This document shows positions 13,129 through 24,505 of a stretch of 64,000 nucleotides of DNA, piece by piece. Position numbers and translations under genes: made by a program. Numbering within the stretch: position 1 is the first letter of the stretch; the number at the start of each line of letters is the position of its first letter. The stretch comes from Lama guanicoe (lineage: Eukaryota), in assembly GCA_013239625.1 (NCBI GenBank), contig MU053472.1, positions 2,063,236 through 2,127,235 on the forward strand. The letters run 5' to 3'. The notes under the pieces were generated by a model. That model saw only the letters and a list, made by a program, of their open reading frames with translations. It ran no database searches and had not been told where the DNA came from.

Positions 13129-14089
13129 ACCAGATCTCCGTTTCAGGCAGAGATGGTGGGAATGCCATACAAAAGCCGAATCAGAGGACTTTGAATTAAG
13201 ACGGGAGTGTGAAGGGTCACCCGTCCACCCCGCCTCTGGCCGATGAGAGTCCACCAACTCCTCCTCTCCGTCCATCTCCAGAGCCTTGTCTGTCTGCCGA
13301 AAGTGCCCCCTGTCTAGTTCACTCCCTTCCCCCAGCAGAAGCTCCTGAACTTCTGGTGCATCCTGGGAAAAACAGAAGACAGACCCCCTCCCCAACCCCC
13401 CCATCTTCCAGAAGGGCCAAGGTTTTATTGAGAGGTTCTGCAATGTGGACCAAACATACTGGTTCTTTGATTAGAGACTGTTTCTGCTCCTCTGGCCTGA
13501 GGACTCAGTGCTAACCTAGGAAACGTACCGCCCACTCCGCGTGTGGTATGAAGGTGGGTATGCGGGGGTGGGGGGGAATTCTGTCCTGTGCTTACTCAGG
13601 CCATGCGGATTCGTGGTCACCTTAGCTGTGGGCACTTGCGGCTCTGCTGGCCACCATCTTGCTTTCAGGGACAAAGCCCTGCTAGTCAGGAGGCTGTGTG
13701 GTGGCGGTGGGGACACAGCATTCAGAAAGGGTCCGTGTCACAGCCAGAGATCACCCAGCACCTCAGGGGCAGCAGCTAGACCCCTTCCCAAAGCTGGCTG
13801 GGTTCTTCCCCAAGATGCCAGTCCTTTGGGCCAAGGACAAGAGTTCAGGTTTTAGCTAGAAGATGATGACTGTCCTCTCTTTGAGAACACACCACGGAGA
13901 CCATATTTTAAAACCCAAGTCAGGACATAGTGCTTGTTTAAAAAAAAATTTATAAATTGATCGATGTGAAAAGATCTTTAAAAGTATACAAATCAAGGCA
14001 CAGTTGGTTACATATTGAACAAATTATATTTCTGGGAAAGAAGGCAGTCGAGGCAGACACTGTTCTGAAAAACCAGTGGGTGTTTGTTT

Positions 14090-14312
14090 AGGCCACTGTT
14101 GGCCTAAATGGGGGTGATTTTTGGCTCCCAAGGGACATTTGGCAATGTTTGGAGACGTTTTTAGTTTCCATAACCTGGAGTGGGGAGGCTACAGGCATCC
14201 AGTGGGTAGAGGCCACGGATGCTGCCAAACATCCCACAGTCACAGGGCAGCCCTCACCACAAAGGGTTATTTGGCCCCAAGTGTCGATAGTGCCGGAGTT
14301 GAGGGACCTTGG
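14090..14312 (+). mobile_element. MER20 hAT-Charlie element
   Basis: gggggtgattttggctcccaagggacatttggcaatgtttggagacgttttt...gggtagaggccacggatgctgccaaacatcc. Confidence 0.82.
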
Positions 14313-15093
14313 TCTAGGATCTCTGGTGCTGCACGTGTGGCCCCCAGGGTGTCAGCCCTGGCATCTGGTTTTCCCTCCTACCTACTTTGGTCCTGGCCTT
14401 CACACCGCTGTCAGCGGGGAGAGGCTTGGGACCCCTCAGCCCGCAGCCACTTCCTCTTTTGTTGGCAGAGCAAGGAGACAACTTTCTGAAGAGGTGCCCA
14501 GGCGCCACCCCACGCACAGCAAGAGACAGGCAAGGTCTCGGGGCGGGATCTCTCAGGGCAGAGGCAGCTGCAGCAGGGGAACAGGGAGGAGCACTGAGTT
14601 TAGAGGGAGACACGTGGCTTCTAGCTCCGCCTGACTCTGCTTCTGACTTGCTCACTGAATCTCTGTGCTGATCAGCAGCAGGGTCTTAGAAATGATGGAC
14701 ACATATCCACAGCTGCTGTTTTGAAAGTATTCGTATTTTTAGGTGCTTGTGAAGTGGTTTTGCAACCTTTAGATGTTTTTAAGCTCTTCTGTCCATCTTT
14801 TCAAGGTGTTTTAAATCTACTTTTTAATTTCCAATTCTTTTGAGCTAATTATTTCTTCTCTTTGTTACGCGTATTAGCAAAAAATATGGAATAACTGAAA
14901 TGTCCAACAAGAAAACATTTATTTATTGAAACGAAATTAATATATAACAAGAAGGATTTGTGGGAACAAACTAGATGTTTACACACACACTGAGGCATGA
15001 AAAGGAGACCCTGGCCAAAGAGTATGGACTGAAAGAAATTAGAAAAGTTTTGTAAGCAGGGCCACATTCATACAAACTCCTAAATTCCTAAAA

Positions 15094-15097
<4 letters not shown>

Positions 15098-15136
<39 letters not shown>
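15098..15136. repeat. (GT)n microsatellite
   Basis: About 19 uninterrupted GT units. Confidence 0.95.
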
Positions 15137-15140
<4 letters not shown>

Positions 15141-15289
15141 GAGGAGACAATGGTGTCTAGTGGTCATACCTGCTGCGCAGAAGTTAGAACAACATCCCTA
15201 TTTACCAGCAGTGTGACACTTGGGCTGTGATTCATCACCTCTCAGTTTTATTTGTCTTCACCTGTGAAAGGTGGATAAAAACGATGGGT

Positions 15290-16200
15290 GTCAAAGAGAC
15301 ACAGCAGCCAGCTGGAAGAGCACCCGGGGCCAAAACTGCAAGAACTTGAGTGACAAAATAAATGACCTAGTACTGGATTATAACCTCAAAGTATAAAATG
15401 ACTATCCACGAGGCTATGCTGCTGTAAATAAGTGATTGAAAAATAAATACATTGAGGAGAAGATATAAATCTACTGTGAAGAATTTCAATAATTAATGTA
15501 AATACTCCTCCCTCGGGCAGGGGAGCAGATCTCCCCACTCGTGAAGTGTGGGCTGTGCGCAGGGACGTCCTCCCGACACCCGCGGTGCCGGGCGGTGGGG
15601 CGGAGAACTTTCCGTTAGAAACCTGGCAGATCCGACCTCAGTCAAGTGATCAAGGTCAGTACCATGAGTGACAAGTCACCTTGATAACACGTACATTTGC
15701 TAGGACTTGATGAAGGGCGCTTCACCTCTGAGGCCTTCCTCCTCCAAACCCATATCCCCAGTCTAATTGTGAGCAAAACACGAGACAAACCCAAGTCAAG
15801 GGGGCAAGTCTACACACACCCGACCAGCACTCTGTAAAGCCGACAAGGTCATTAAAAACAAGGAAAGCTGGAGAACCTGTCACAGCCAAGAGGAGCCTGA
15901 GGAGACAGAATGCCTAAGTGTATTGTGATATCCTGGATGAGCTCCTGGAACAGAAAAAGGACATTCGGTGAAAACTAAGGAAATCCGAATAAAGCACGGA
16001 TGGACTTTATTTAGTGAACAGTATTGCATCAATATTGGTCCATTAGTTGCGACAAATACACTATATTAACGTGACATAAGATGTTAACAGTAGGGGAAAC
16101 TGGGTGTGAGCCATGTGGGGAATCTATGCACCATCTTTGCAACTTTTCTGTAAATCTATTCTGAAATAAAAATTTTATTTTAAAAAGTAAATTAAAAAAA
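15290..16200 (+). mobile_element. Old L1 (L1MC/MD-type) 3' UTR
   Basis: ggatgagctcctggaacagaaaaaggacatt...gatgttaacagtaggggaaactggg...ctttgcaacttttctgtaaatct...aaataaaa. Confidence 0.75.
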
Positions 16201-16222
16201 GAAAATCAGAAAGAAAGACAGA

Positions 16223-16260
<38 letters not shown>

Positions 16261-16295
16261 AAGAAAGAGAAAGAAAGAGAGAGAGAGAAAGAAAG
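16200..16295 (+). repeat. (GAAA)n/(GA)n compound repeat derived from an L1 tail
   Basis: Purine-rich GAAA/GAGA tract. Confidence 0.9.
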
Positions 16296-17149
16296 ATTTT
16301 TAAAGTGTCTACATTATGTTGTAGTAGTCAGTAAGGGAATTTCTACCAAGCATTTAATACACTGGCATATGGTAAGTGTTTAAGGTTAGTTATTGTTTAT
16401 TATTGATTTTATTTCTATTTCTCTTAATAAACAGCAATGCATACTCATTATAGAAAAATTTACAGACGAGCCAAAGAAAAACACCAGCCACAGAAGAACA
16501 AGGATCACCCACACTCCTACCCTCCCTGAGACAGCTGCCGGTCGGTCACACCTTGCCGTGGGTCCCCACAGAGCTATCACTAAGTTTTTGCATAACGTGG
16601 ATCACACCATACATACAATTTGGTAAGTGGCCATAACCCAATTAAGTAACATTTCTGTTGTTCCAACTCTTTGCTCTTACAAGTAGTCAAGAGCATAAGT
16701 AACTGAGTAAATATTAGGAAGAAAAAACCCTGAAAAATGGTAAAAACTGGACACCAGTGCTTACATATGCACAAAAGGTGCTCAGCGGTTCATCTAAATG
16801 AACTTCATCTGAAAAGCTGATGACTAGCTTTTGTTTTCCAGGTCTGTTTTATTAAAATTTAATAAATTTTAAAAATGTATGTAAAGAAAAAAAGAAGCAA
16901 GGGAATATGGCAAATGCTGACTGTGGTCATCTCTCGTTTCCTTTGCAGCCTGCTGGATGGGAAGGTGGATATTTCACTCTAAAGCTGCAGCAGCACCACG
17001 GACAATGAGTGACTGGGTCTAGTTCTTTTCAACCAATTGCAATCTTGCTTAAATCACTGGGTTCACTGATTTTCTTTCAAGTAAATCTATTTGCTTCTCA
17101 GCGTTCTAAATGCTTCCCTAGTATTTAATCACCTGATGATGTAAATGGG

Positions 17150-17550
17150 TATTATTTTGCTCATTTTACAGATGAGGAAACTGAGGCCCAGAGAGGCTGA
17201 GTTGCCCAGGGCAATACCCAAGCCACATGGACCCCAGAGGCCAAGCTCTCAACCACTGCACCTGTGACACTTCCCCCCACCAAATACCTCTGGGCCAAAT
17301 TGCATGGAGTCAACAGGCTGCCCTGTGCTGGCAAAGAGGTGACAACTGCATTAAGCTTCCCGATTCTGGGGCCTGGCTTCTAGAAGCCATCAGACCCCAG
17401 AAGCCTGCAGAGGCCACTTCCTAGCTGTGTGACCTTGGGAAAGTCCCTTCACTTCCCCAAGCCTCAGTTTCCTTATGTGTAAAATGGGCACCCGCATCCT
17501 TCCCTACTCCTTGGGGCTGTTGTGAGCTCAAGTGTGTGAAGATGCTTCGG
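17150..17550. mobile_element. Two MIR fragments in opposite orientation (about 17150-17260 on -, about 17420-17550 on +)
   Basis: cattttacagatgaggaaactgaggcccagagagg; gctgtgtgaccttgggaaagt...gcctcagtttccttatgtgtaaaatggg. Confidence 0.75.
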
Positions 17551-18889
17551 AAACTGTGACATGTGCGTGTAGGCAGGAAATCACAGGTGTCGTGCATACA
17601 CAGGTGCAGAAATGGGCCTGCAGGCCGTCGTGAGAGAGCTGTGTTCAGGGGAGTCTGCTTTCTGAGAAGTGGGACTGGGGTGGAAGGGGGTTTGGTGTTA
17701 ATCCTGGAGGGCTTTAATGTCCAACGAGGAGTTGCATGAGTCTGGACGGCGGGGTGGGAGGGTGGGCTGAGGTGGGGAGTCCACGGCAGGGATCCTGGAC
17801 CACAGCAGGGCTGTCTTCAGCCTCTCTGCTGGGCCCCAGGCTTCCAGGTGCGTCTCAGACAGAGCTCCCCAGGACAGGCCCTTGGAGTGGGCCATGGCTC
17901 CAGCGGTGTGTAGGGACTTGCTGGCAAACTTTTGTCAATGTTCACGACAAAAAATGATGATAGAGGAGGCAAGCACTATTACTCGGTCCAGATGCCCCAG
18001 GAAATTAGGGCGTCTGTCATTTGGCAGCCCCTCCCAGTTCACAGCGGCCACCAGGCTGGGAGGGAGGGAGAGAGACTCTTCCGTCCCCTGCGCTCAGTCT
18101 GCTCTTTCTAACGCCCCCAGTGACCTCCATGCCCCCCACCCCCCTGCCACAATCATGTACATTCTCCTCCTTGACACTCTCGGCTTAAGCAGAGAGGGGA
18201 CTTACTGGAAGGATGGAGCAACTCACCAACTTGAAGGGAAGGCTGAAAATCCAGGCTCAGAAATGGTGGGGGCCAGAGCAGCTCTGGGCAGCTGAACGGT
18301 GGGTACAGGAGAACAGCTCCTTCGGGGCGTGAAGACCGAAAAATGTAGAATAAGAATGTTACCTGCCATGTAGGGTGTGTTGGATCTTAAATGAACTGTA
18401 CGGGTTAGGAAGTTGAGGCCCAAAGAGGATGATTCAACTCCTGTGCCTCCATTTTTTCTGTCGTTATGCTTGGGTTAGAATCCTAGGAGGGGAGCATCTA
18501 ATTAGTCTTGGCTGGGGGTGCACAGAGCTCCTTCACTGACAGTCCCACCAAACTTTACCCAATGGGAATGATTCTTTCCCCTAAAAAGAAATTGGGGCTC
18601 TGAGTCTGAAAAAGGGGAGTGGACTTGGGGCAGGGGTGGTGATGCAAAATCACAAATATTTACATCATATTCCTGCCCAGGGACATGCTAAACTCCCACC
18701 TTTTTTACTCCACTTCTCCTAAATATCCTTCTAATAATTTCCCTGCTTTCATAGCTGGTCTCCTTGCTACCAGTCCTCACCCGAAAGTCTTCCCATCCTG
18801 CCAGGAATCATCTTCTAAAACACAGATCTGATCAGTCCAGCCTTCTCCCCTGCTATAAACACTTCGTGGCTTCCCATTGCCCTTAAAAG

Positions 18890-20471
18890 TTTTTTGTTGT
18901 TGTTTTTGTTTCTATTTTTCTTGGGGGGGGTTGTTTTGATCTTTGACTCAATCCAATTTTTATTACCCTCATCATATGCAGGGTGTGTAGACAAAAAGCT
19001 TTTCATCAGCTGACTATACTGAAAAGATAACCACAGTAGTAATTCCTGCGATCCAAGATGGTGAAACGGAAGCCGAGCTTCCTTTCAGTAGGAAACGTTT
19101 CAGGCTTATAAAAAGGGCAACAGCGCGCATTTTTACTTACTTACTTATTTATTTATTTTAACATCACAATACGTATTTTTTAAAATTATATTTACTTGCA
19201 AGCATTCAGATTGTCAACAAATTAGCTGCAACTTCTTTTTTTCAATTACAGCATGGTATTCAGGTAACAGAACAACAAGTATTTCATATAAGCTGCATCA
19301 GAGACAACTGGAGAGGACAAAACTACCATCCCCATAAAAACGAATTTGTGTTGTACACCAACAAGAACCTACTTTATATTTCCATGCCAACTTACGAGCC
19401 CCACACTGTATCCCGCGAGGTTCACAGCCACTGAAAACATCACCGGGACAGGGCTAGCTAAAGACACACTCAGCAGTGCAACTGTACAAAAAAAGAACAT
19501 TATACAGTTTAAAAAACAATCTTACACAGCCTTACATTCCAATTTCTTCTTTAAAAGGAGTGAACTGTGGGGGGAGGGGTATAGCTCAGTGGTAGAGTGC
19601 ATGCTTAGCATGCAGGAGGTCCTGGGTTCAATCCCCAGTACCTCTATTAAAATAAATACATAAACCTCATTACCTCCCCCTAAAAACAAAACAAAACCTT
19701 AAAAAAAAGAAGGAGTGAACTGTGTCCGGGGGGGGGGGCTTAAATGTTTTATAGCCAAGAAAAGAACTTCCATGGAACCATCTTATTCATCATCTTCTCC
19801 ATCTTTCTCCTCCTCCCCCTTTTCATCCTCCTCATCTTCCTTCTTTTTCTCACTTTTTTCAGCCTTGATGACTCTCTTTTTTGCTACATCAGCTTTCCTT
19901 CAGCTCAGCAGACAGCAATACCCTTTCCATATTTTCCCTTCTGCCTGCCGCTCATCAGGCTGCTCGCCATCTGCTGCAGTGTTAGCCCCCATCGCTCCCA
20001 GTCTCTTTGCAACATCATTGATGGATAGGCTCAGATCTTCTTCTCCTTTGATTTCTGGGTGATACTCAGAACAAAATAAGAAAAAGATGCAATGGGATCC
20101 TTGAACTTCTTATTTGCTCCCCCTTTAGGAGAGATACAGGGTTTCATGTCTCTTTCTCAATGGGTCTTGTCTGCCTTTGCCATGTCTTCAAATTTTCCTC
20201 CCTCCTTATCAGACATGGTCTTCCATCTCTCCGAGCACGTCTGGAGAAAACTGTAAGATGCTGACTGAAGCATCTGGGTGCTTCTTCTCATGCTTCTCCC
20301 GACAAGTTTGCACAAAGAATGCATATGATGACAGTCTGCCTCTCAGCGTCTTAGGATCTCCTTTGCCCTTGTTTAACTATTTTTCTTCAGGGAGCCTGAG
20401 TCGCCCAGTGCCCGTCAGGCTCTCACTCGCCCTGGTGCTGTCTCTATGGAGCTCAGTGTCCTGCAATGGCT
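18890..20471 (-). pseudogene. HMGB1: HMGB1 processed pseudogene (5' UTR, CDS remnant 20370-19783, long 3' UTR, decayed poly-A)
   Basis: The reverse complement reads gccattgcag...gagctccatagagacagc...aaac AAG ggcaaaggagatcctaag (the ATG is lost), followed by [16 protein letters not shown] coding sequence, an acidic tail ending GAT GAT GAA TAA, and HMGB1-like 3' UTR. It is intronless and carries indels. Confidence 0.93.
19570..19709 (+). mobile_element. tRNA-derived lineage SINE (camelid Vic-1-like) inserted in the HMGB1 pseudogene, 15-bp TSD
   Basis: ggggtatagctcagtggtagagtgcatgcttagcatgcaggaggtcctgggttcaatccccagtacc; TSD aaggagtgaactgtg at 19555-19569 and 19710-19724. Confidence 0.92.
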
Positions 20472-23179
20472 GCCTAGATAAAGTTAGTAACGGGGTTTAT
20501 GAGGCCCTTCCACAAAGCTTCATCTTCCTCTGTTGCATCCCCACTGCTTCTGAGACGTGCCCTCTGTGCCTTCATCCATGTTCTTCCCATCTTGTGGGAT
20601 TCCCTTTTCACTTCCTCTGCCTCTCAGGATCCCATACATGTTCATCTTTCTAAGACAGACTCATATGGAACCTTATGGAACAAGAAAGGATGAGTTGGTG
20701 ACTCCTTCATTTATACTCTCATCACCCTCAATATGGAAATAGATTATAGCCCTGAGCCCGTTTTATGACTGTATTTGTGTACAAGTTTGTCTCTCCCGCT
20801 AGACTGGGAGGTTAGGTCACACACCTAGAACAAGTAACCAACCTGTGGAAATGAATTTGGAGAGAGATGTGATAAATTAGATTGTGTTTTTAATAGTCTA
20901 GGTAGTTGCTAAAGACTGCCCCTCCTCCCCCCATAAAGGCTGGGAACCACCTACTTACTCCCTCTGCTCTTTGGGGAAATAGGGCTTGGAGAGATTTAAC
21001 TTAAAGAGGAAGGTCTTCTTGTTCCTGAGTTCTTGTAGACCAAAAAAGTGAGGTGACTCAGAATGTGTGGTTTTGGCCTCTGGAGGCTTTTAAAAAAAAG
21101 AGAGACTTTGTCAGGACCAAGCTAGAAGTCCTGCCAGAGATGGACAAATGGCTGAGCTGACACCTGAAGGGGCTGCATCTTGAGGAGGCCTACAAGGAGC
21201 AGAGGAACTAGCCAGAGGTCTCTAGTGTCTCCAACCGTGTTCCCATGGGGTCAAGGATGTTTGGGGGAGGGGAGACGGATGAGGGAGCCCTCACTAATTA
21301 AGCCTCTACCCTTGAGCGAATGTGAGGCTAATAAGGCAGCCCCATTCCAGGGCACCTCCACTCCAAGCCAGCCGGTCTGCCTGTTTATTGCCCGTATGGA
21401 GATCATTAATGCCTCCTGACACTGGGGTCACTCCTGGGGTCAATCCCTGAGCCCGTTCTGCAAAACAAGGGGAAATGAACTTCCCAGCACATGTGGCTCA
21501 GGCTTGGTGGGGAGGGGGACTCTCGTCACCCCACACCTCAGCTCTGGGAGAGATCAGCACCCCAGGCTCTTGGACCCCCCAACACAATCCGCCTTGCCCA
21601 AGCTGGACTGTGAGAGAGGTGGTCCTGGGGAAGGGCGAAGGGGAGGCCCCGGTCGGGGCCAGGACAACCCCCACTGAGGCTGTCCCAAAAGACAGACGGA
21701 CACTAATCCCCTGGCGACGGGCAGGGGTGGTGTCTGGGAGCCGCAGCTGCAGCTCGACAGGGGCCAGGCTCCGGCCGCAGGTGGCGGGAAGGCGCAGGCC
21801 CGCGGCCACGTGGGCGCGAACTGCAGGCTCCGTCCCACCCTCCACCGCTTCCCCTGCGGTGATTGGGCCCCTTACCCGTCCTGAATCCAAGATGGAGGAG
21901 GGGGGCGGGGTTCCGGGCCAAGGAAAGCTGTGATTGGTGAAGCACAGGTCCTTTGAACTGAAAGACAGCCTCAGTAGCCACTCACGGAGCTCCTGGTGGT
22001 GGTGGCGGTGGGCGCTTGGCTGCCTTACCTCACACTTGAGCAACCAAGGCTTCACCAATCTGTGTCTCGCGTCCTGGGAACGGCCAAGGTGGGTTCAAGG
22101 AACCCCCAGAAGGTCCTCCAGGCAGGCCCTTACCCGTCTGGGGCCTCTTCCTCTGTAATGACCAAAACTGGAATCAGCCCCTACCGGCCCAGGAAGAAGT
22201 TGAGAAAACCCCCAACTAGCTTGGAGGAAATCAATAGGATTATGAGGTTAATGCCAGAGCAGGCTGAGTGACAGTTACCAAATAAATGATCCCAGGAGGA
22301 CATGGCTGAGGTTAAATGAGGCCCAATAAATAAAGGAACGTGTTCAAAGAGAAACTTCAGAAAATGCAGGGATGTGGGGGTCGGGCCTCAGGCCTCTTTC
22401 CTGCCCTCCCCTTCTAGGGCCTGTTGAATTCTGGAGGAGCCACAGACTGGGGCACTACCTCCCAGGAATGCACAGGCCAGGGTGTGTGCCCTGCTCAGTG
22501 CCAGTGTTGCCATCACTCCTGAGCTCAAGGCTCCTTGGACAGCTCCATCCACCCAGCTTCGGGGGCTGAATAAGGGAACGGAAACTCTTACTATGGAGGT
22601 CTGACCAGTTAACAGCCCTAGCGTGCCTCTCATTCCTTAGAGACAGAGAAAGGACCAAGTGCAGCAAGAGGGGTGGAAGCTAGATGTTAGGAAGCACTGA
22701 CCAAATATTACATGGACAGAAGGAGCTTATGAATCTTGGAGGCAAGGAACAAGGCCCCCAATCCAAATAGAGGATTTTATTCTAGATGAAAGCACATTTA
22801 TCTTGTATCCCCATTTGTGCCTGAGTTAGTAAAGCCTATTTTGGTCAACACAGTGGTACCAGCTAGAAAGGGCCATCGGCACCGGCACCATCTTTGCACA
22901 TGAAAAGCTTGTCTGTGGATACAGTACCCTCCATCCCACCGCTAATGTATCTTGGTGGATGAGCAGCCCTATCCCGCGGGTCCTGCCAGTGGCCAGCCTG
23001 GTGGGGATCAGCAGGACACAGAGCATGATGTTCTTGGGACAATGCCATGAAGGATTTATTATGTCTCTTTGGGGGGAGGTGTAAAGAGAGAGATGATTAC
23101 ATTTTGCTCTCTTGGTGGGTATTTTATTTTTTAGAAAATGAACAATAAAAATAGTTAAGATCTTGAGCTCTGGAGTCTT

Positions 23180-23307
23180 TTTTTGGAGGGGGTGGGGAGG
23201 TAATTAGATTAATTTATCTACTTATGTTAACAGAGGTACTGGGGATTGAACCCAGGACCACGTGCATGCTAAGCACGCACTCTGCCACCAAGCTATACCC
23301 TCCCCTC
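23180..23307 (-). mobile_element. tRNA-derived lineage SINE (camelid Vic-1-like), 16-bp TSD with 1 mismatch
   Basis: TSD tgagctctggagtctt (23164-23179) / tgagctctgaagtctt (23308-23323); A and B boxes on the - strand. Confidence 0.9.
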
Positions 23308-23494
23308 TGAGCTCTGAAGTCTTGTGGGTCCAATGACCTCTTTCCTTACTGTTAGACCTTGGGCAAGTCCTATTTACAATAATAACAGTGTTGCTATATG
23401 TCAGGCAGTATTTTACACCCTTATAACAACTGTAAAGGGAACGTACTGTTATCCTGTTTAACAAATGAAACCAGCTTAGGTTAAGTGACTGTAG

Positions 23495-23720
23495 AGAAGT
23501 ATATTTTAAAGCATGGGCACCAAAGATCCAGACTAATTGGGTTCAAATCCTGACTTCATTTCCTGGTTGTATGACCTTGGGCAAATCAACCCATTTCTTC
23601 GTCTGTGAAATGGGGATTATGACAGTTCCCACCTGATAGGGTGGTAAGGTTGAAATGAGAGAATGCACATGAGGCTCTTAGAATCCTTCCAGGCACACTG
23701 TGGGTCCTCAATAAATGTAA
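23495..23720 (+). mobile_element. MIR SINE
   Basis: tgggttcaaatcctgacttc...tgaccttgggcaaat...tgtgaaatggggattatg...ctcaataaatg. Confidence 0.8.
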
Positions 23721-24298
23721 GCTGTTGTGTAAGCCCTTAGAGCACTTTTACCTGTGTGATAGCACTTCATCCTTTCTGCTACCCTCTGAGGTGGCTGTTA
23801 TTATTAAAGTCACTTTACAGATGAGGAAACAGAGGCTTAAAGCAGGTCATGCTCTAGGTCCCTCTGTAAACAGCCTGTTGAGGACTTGCATTCAGATGTT
23901 TTTAACTTCAAATTCCAAGGGCTTTCTGACAGTCCCCATACTCTCTCATTCTTGATTTCTAATTTGTTTCAGCTCCTTGCTCAGAAAAATCCTTGAGGAC
24001 TCAAAATAAAAGCCAGTTTGGGACAATCAATGCTTAGAAAGAATGGAAGGAAGAAAGAGGAGGAAAGAAAGGGATGGAGGGGTGGGAAAATTAAATAATT
24101 TTTCTGACTTAGGAATTTTTTTAACCTACCACAACCCAAGCAGATATGCCCTCCTCAGACTGTAAAATAAATGTGCGTTTCAGAGAAGTCTTCCTGGGGG
24201 AAATGGAAGGGAGTGGCAGTACCGGAGCACGTAGTGTAATGAGGAAGAAAGTCTGATCTGCAGAGAGTCCACCTACTACTGATAAAGACTCTGGCACG

Positions 24299-24505
24299 TG
24301 GGATTTCAAAATTGTAGAACAGATAAACAAGATTACACTGTATAGCACAGGGAAATATACACAAAATGTTATGATAAATCACAGAGAAAAAAATGTGACA
24401 ATGAGTGTGTATATGTCCATGTATGACTGAAAAATTGTACTGAACACTGGAATTTGACACAACACTGTAAAATGATTATGAATCAATAAAAATGTAAAAA
24501 AAAAA
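24299..24505 (+). mobile_element. Young 5'-truncated L1 3' end with poly-A and a perfect 15-bp TSD
   Basis: gataaacaagattacactgtatagcacagggaaatata...aataaaaatgtaaaaaaaa; TSD aaagactctggcacg at 24284-24298 and 24506-24520. Confidence 0.88.

Noticed and set aside
19570..19645. tRNA-like sequence (also near 10220, 23230, 5140 and 4425)
   Set aside because: Each copy has an A-rich tail, most share a non-tRNA 3' segment, and the best copies have TSDs. They are SINE heads, not tRNA genes.
19715..20653. + strand ORFs with Ser/Phe-rich text
   Set aside because: They are antisense readings of the HMGB1 pseudogene.
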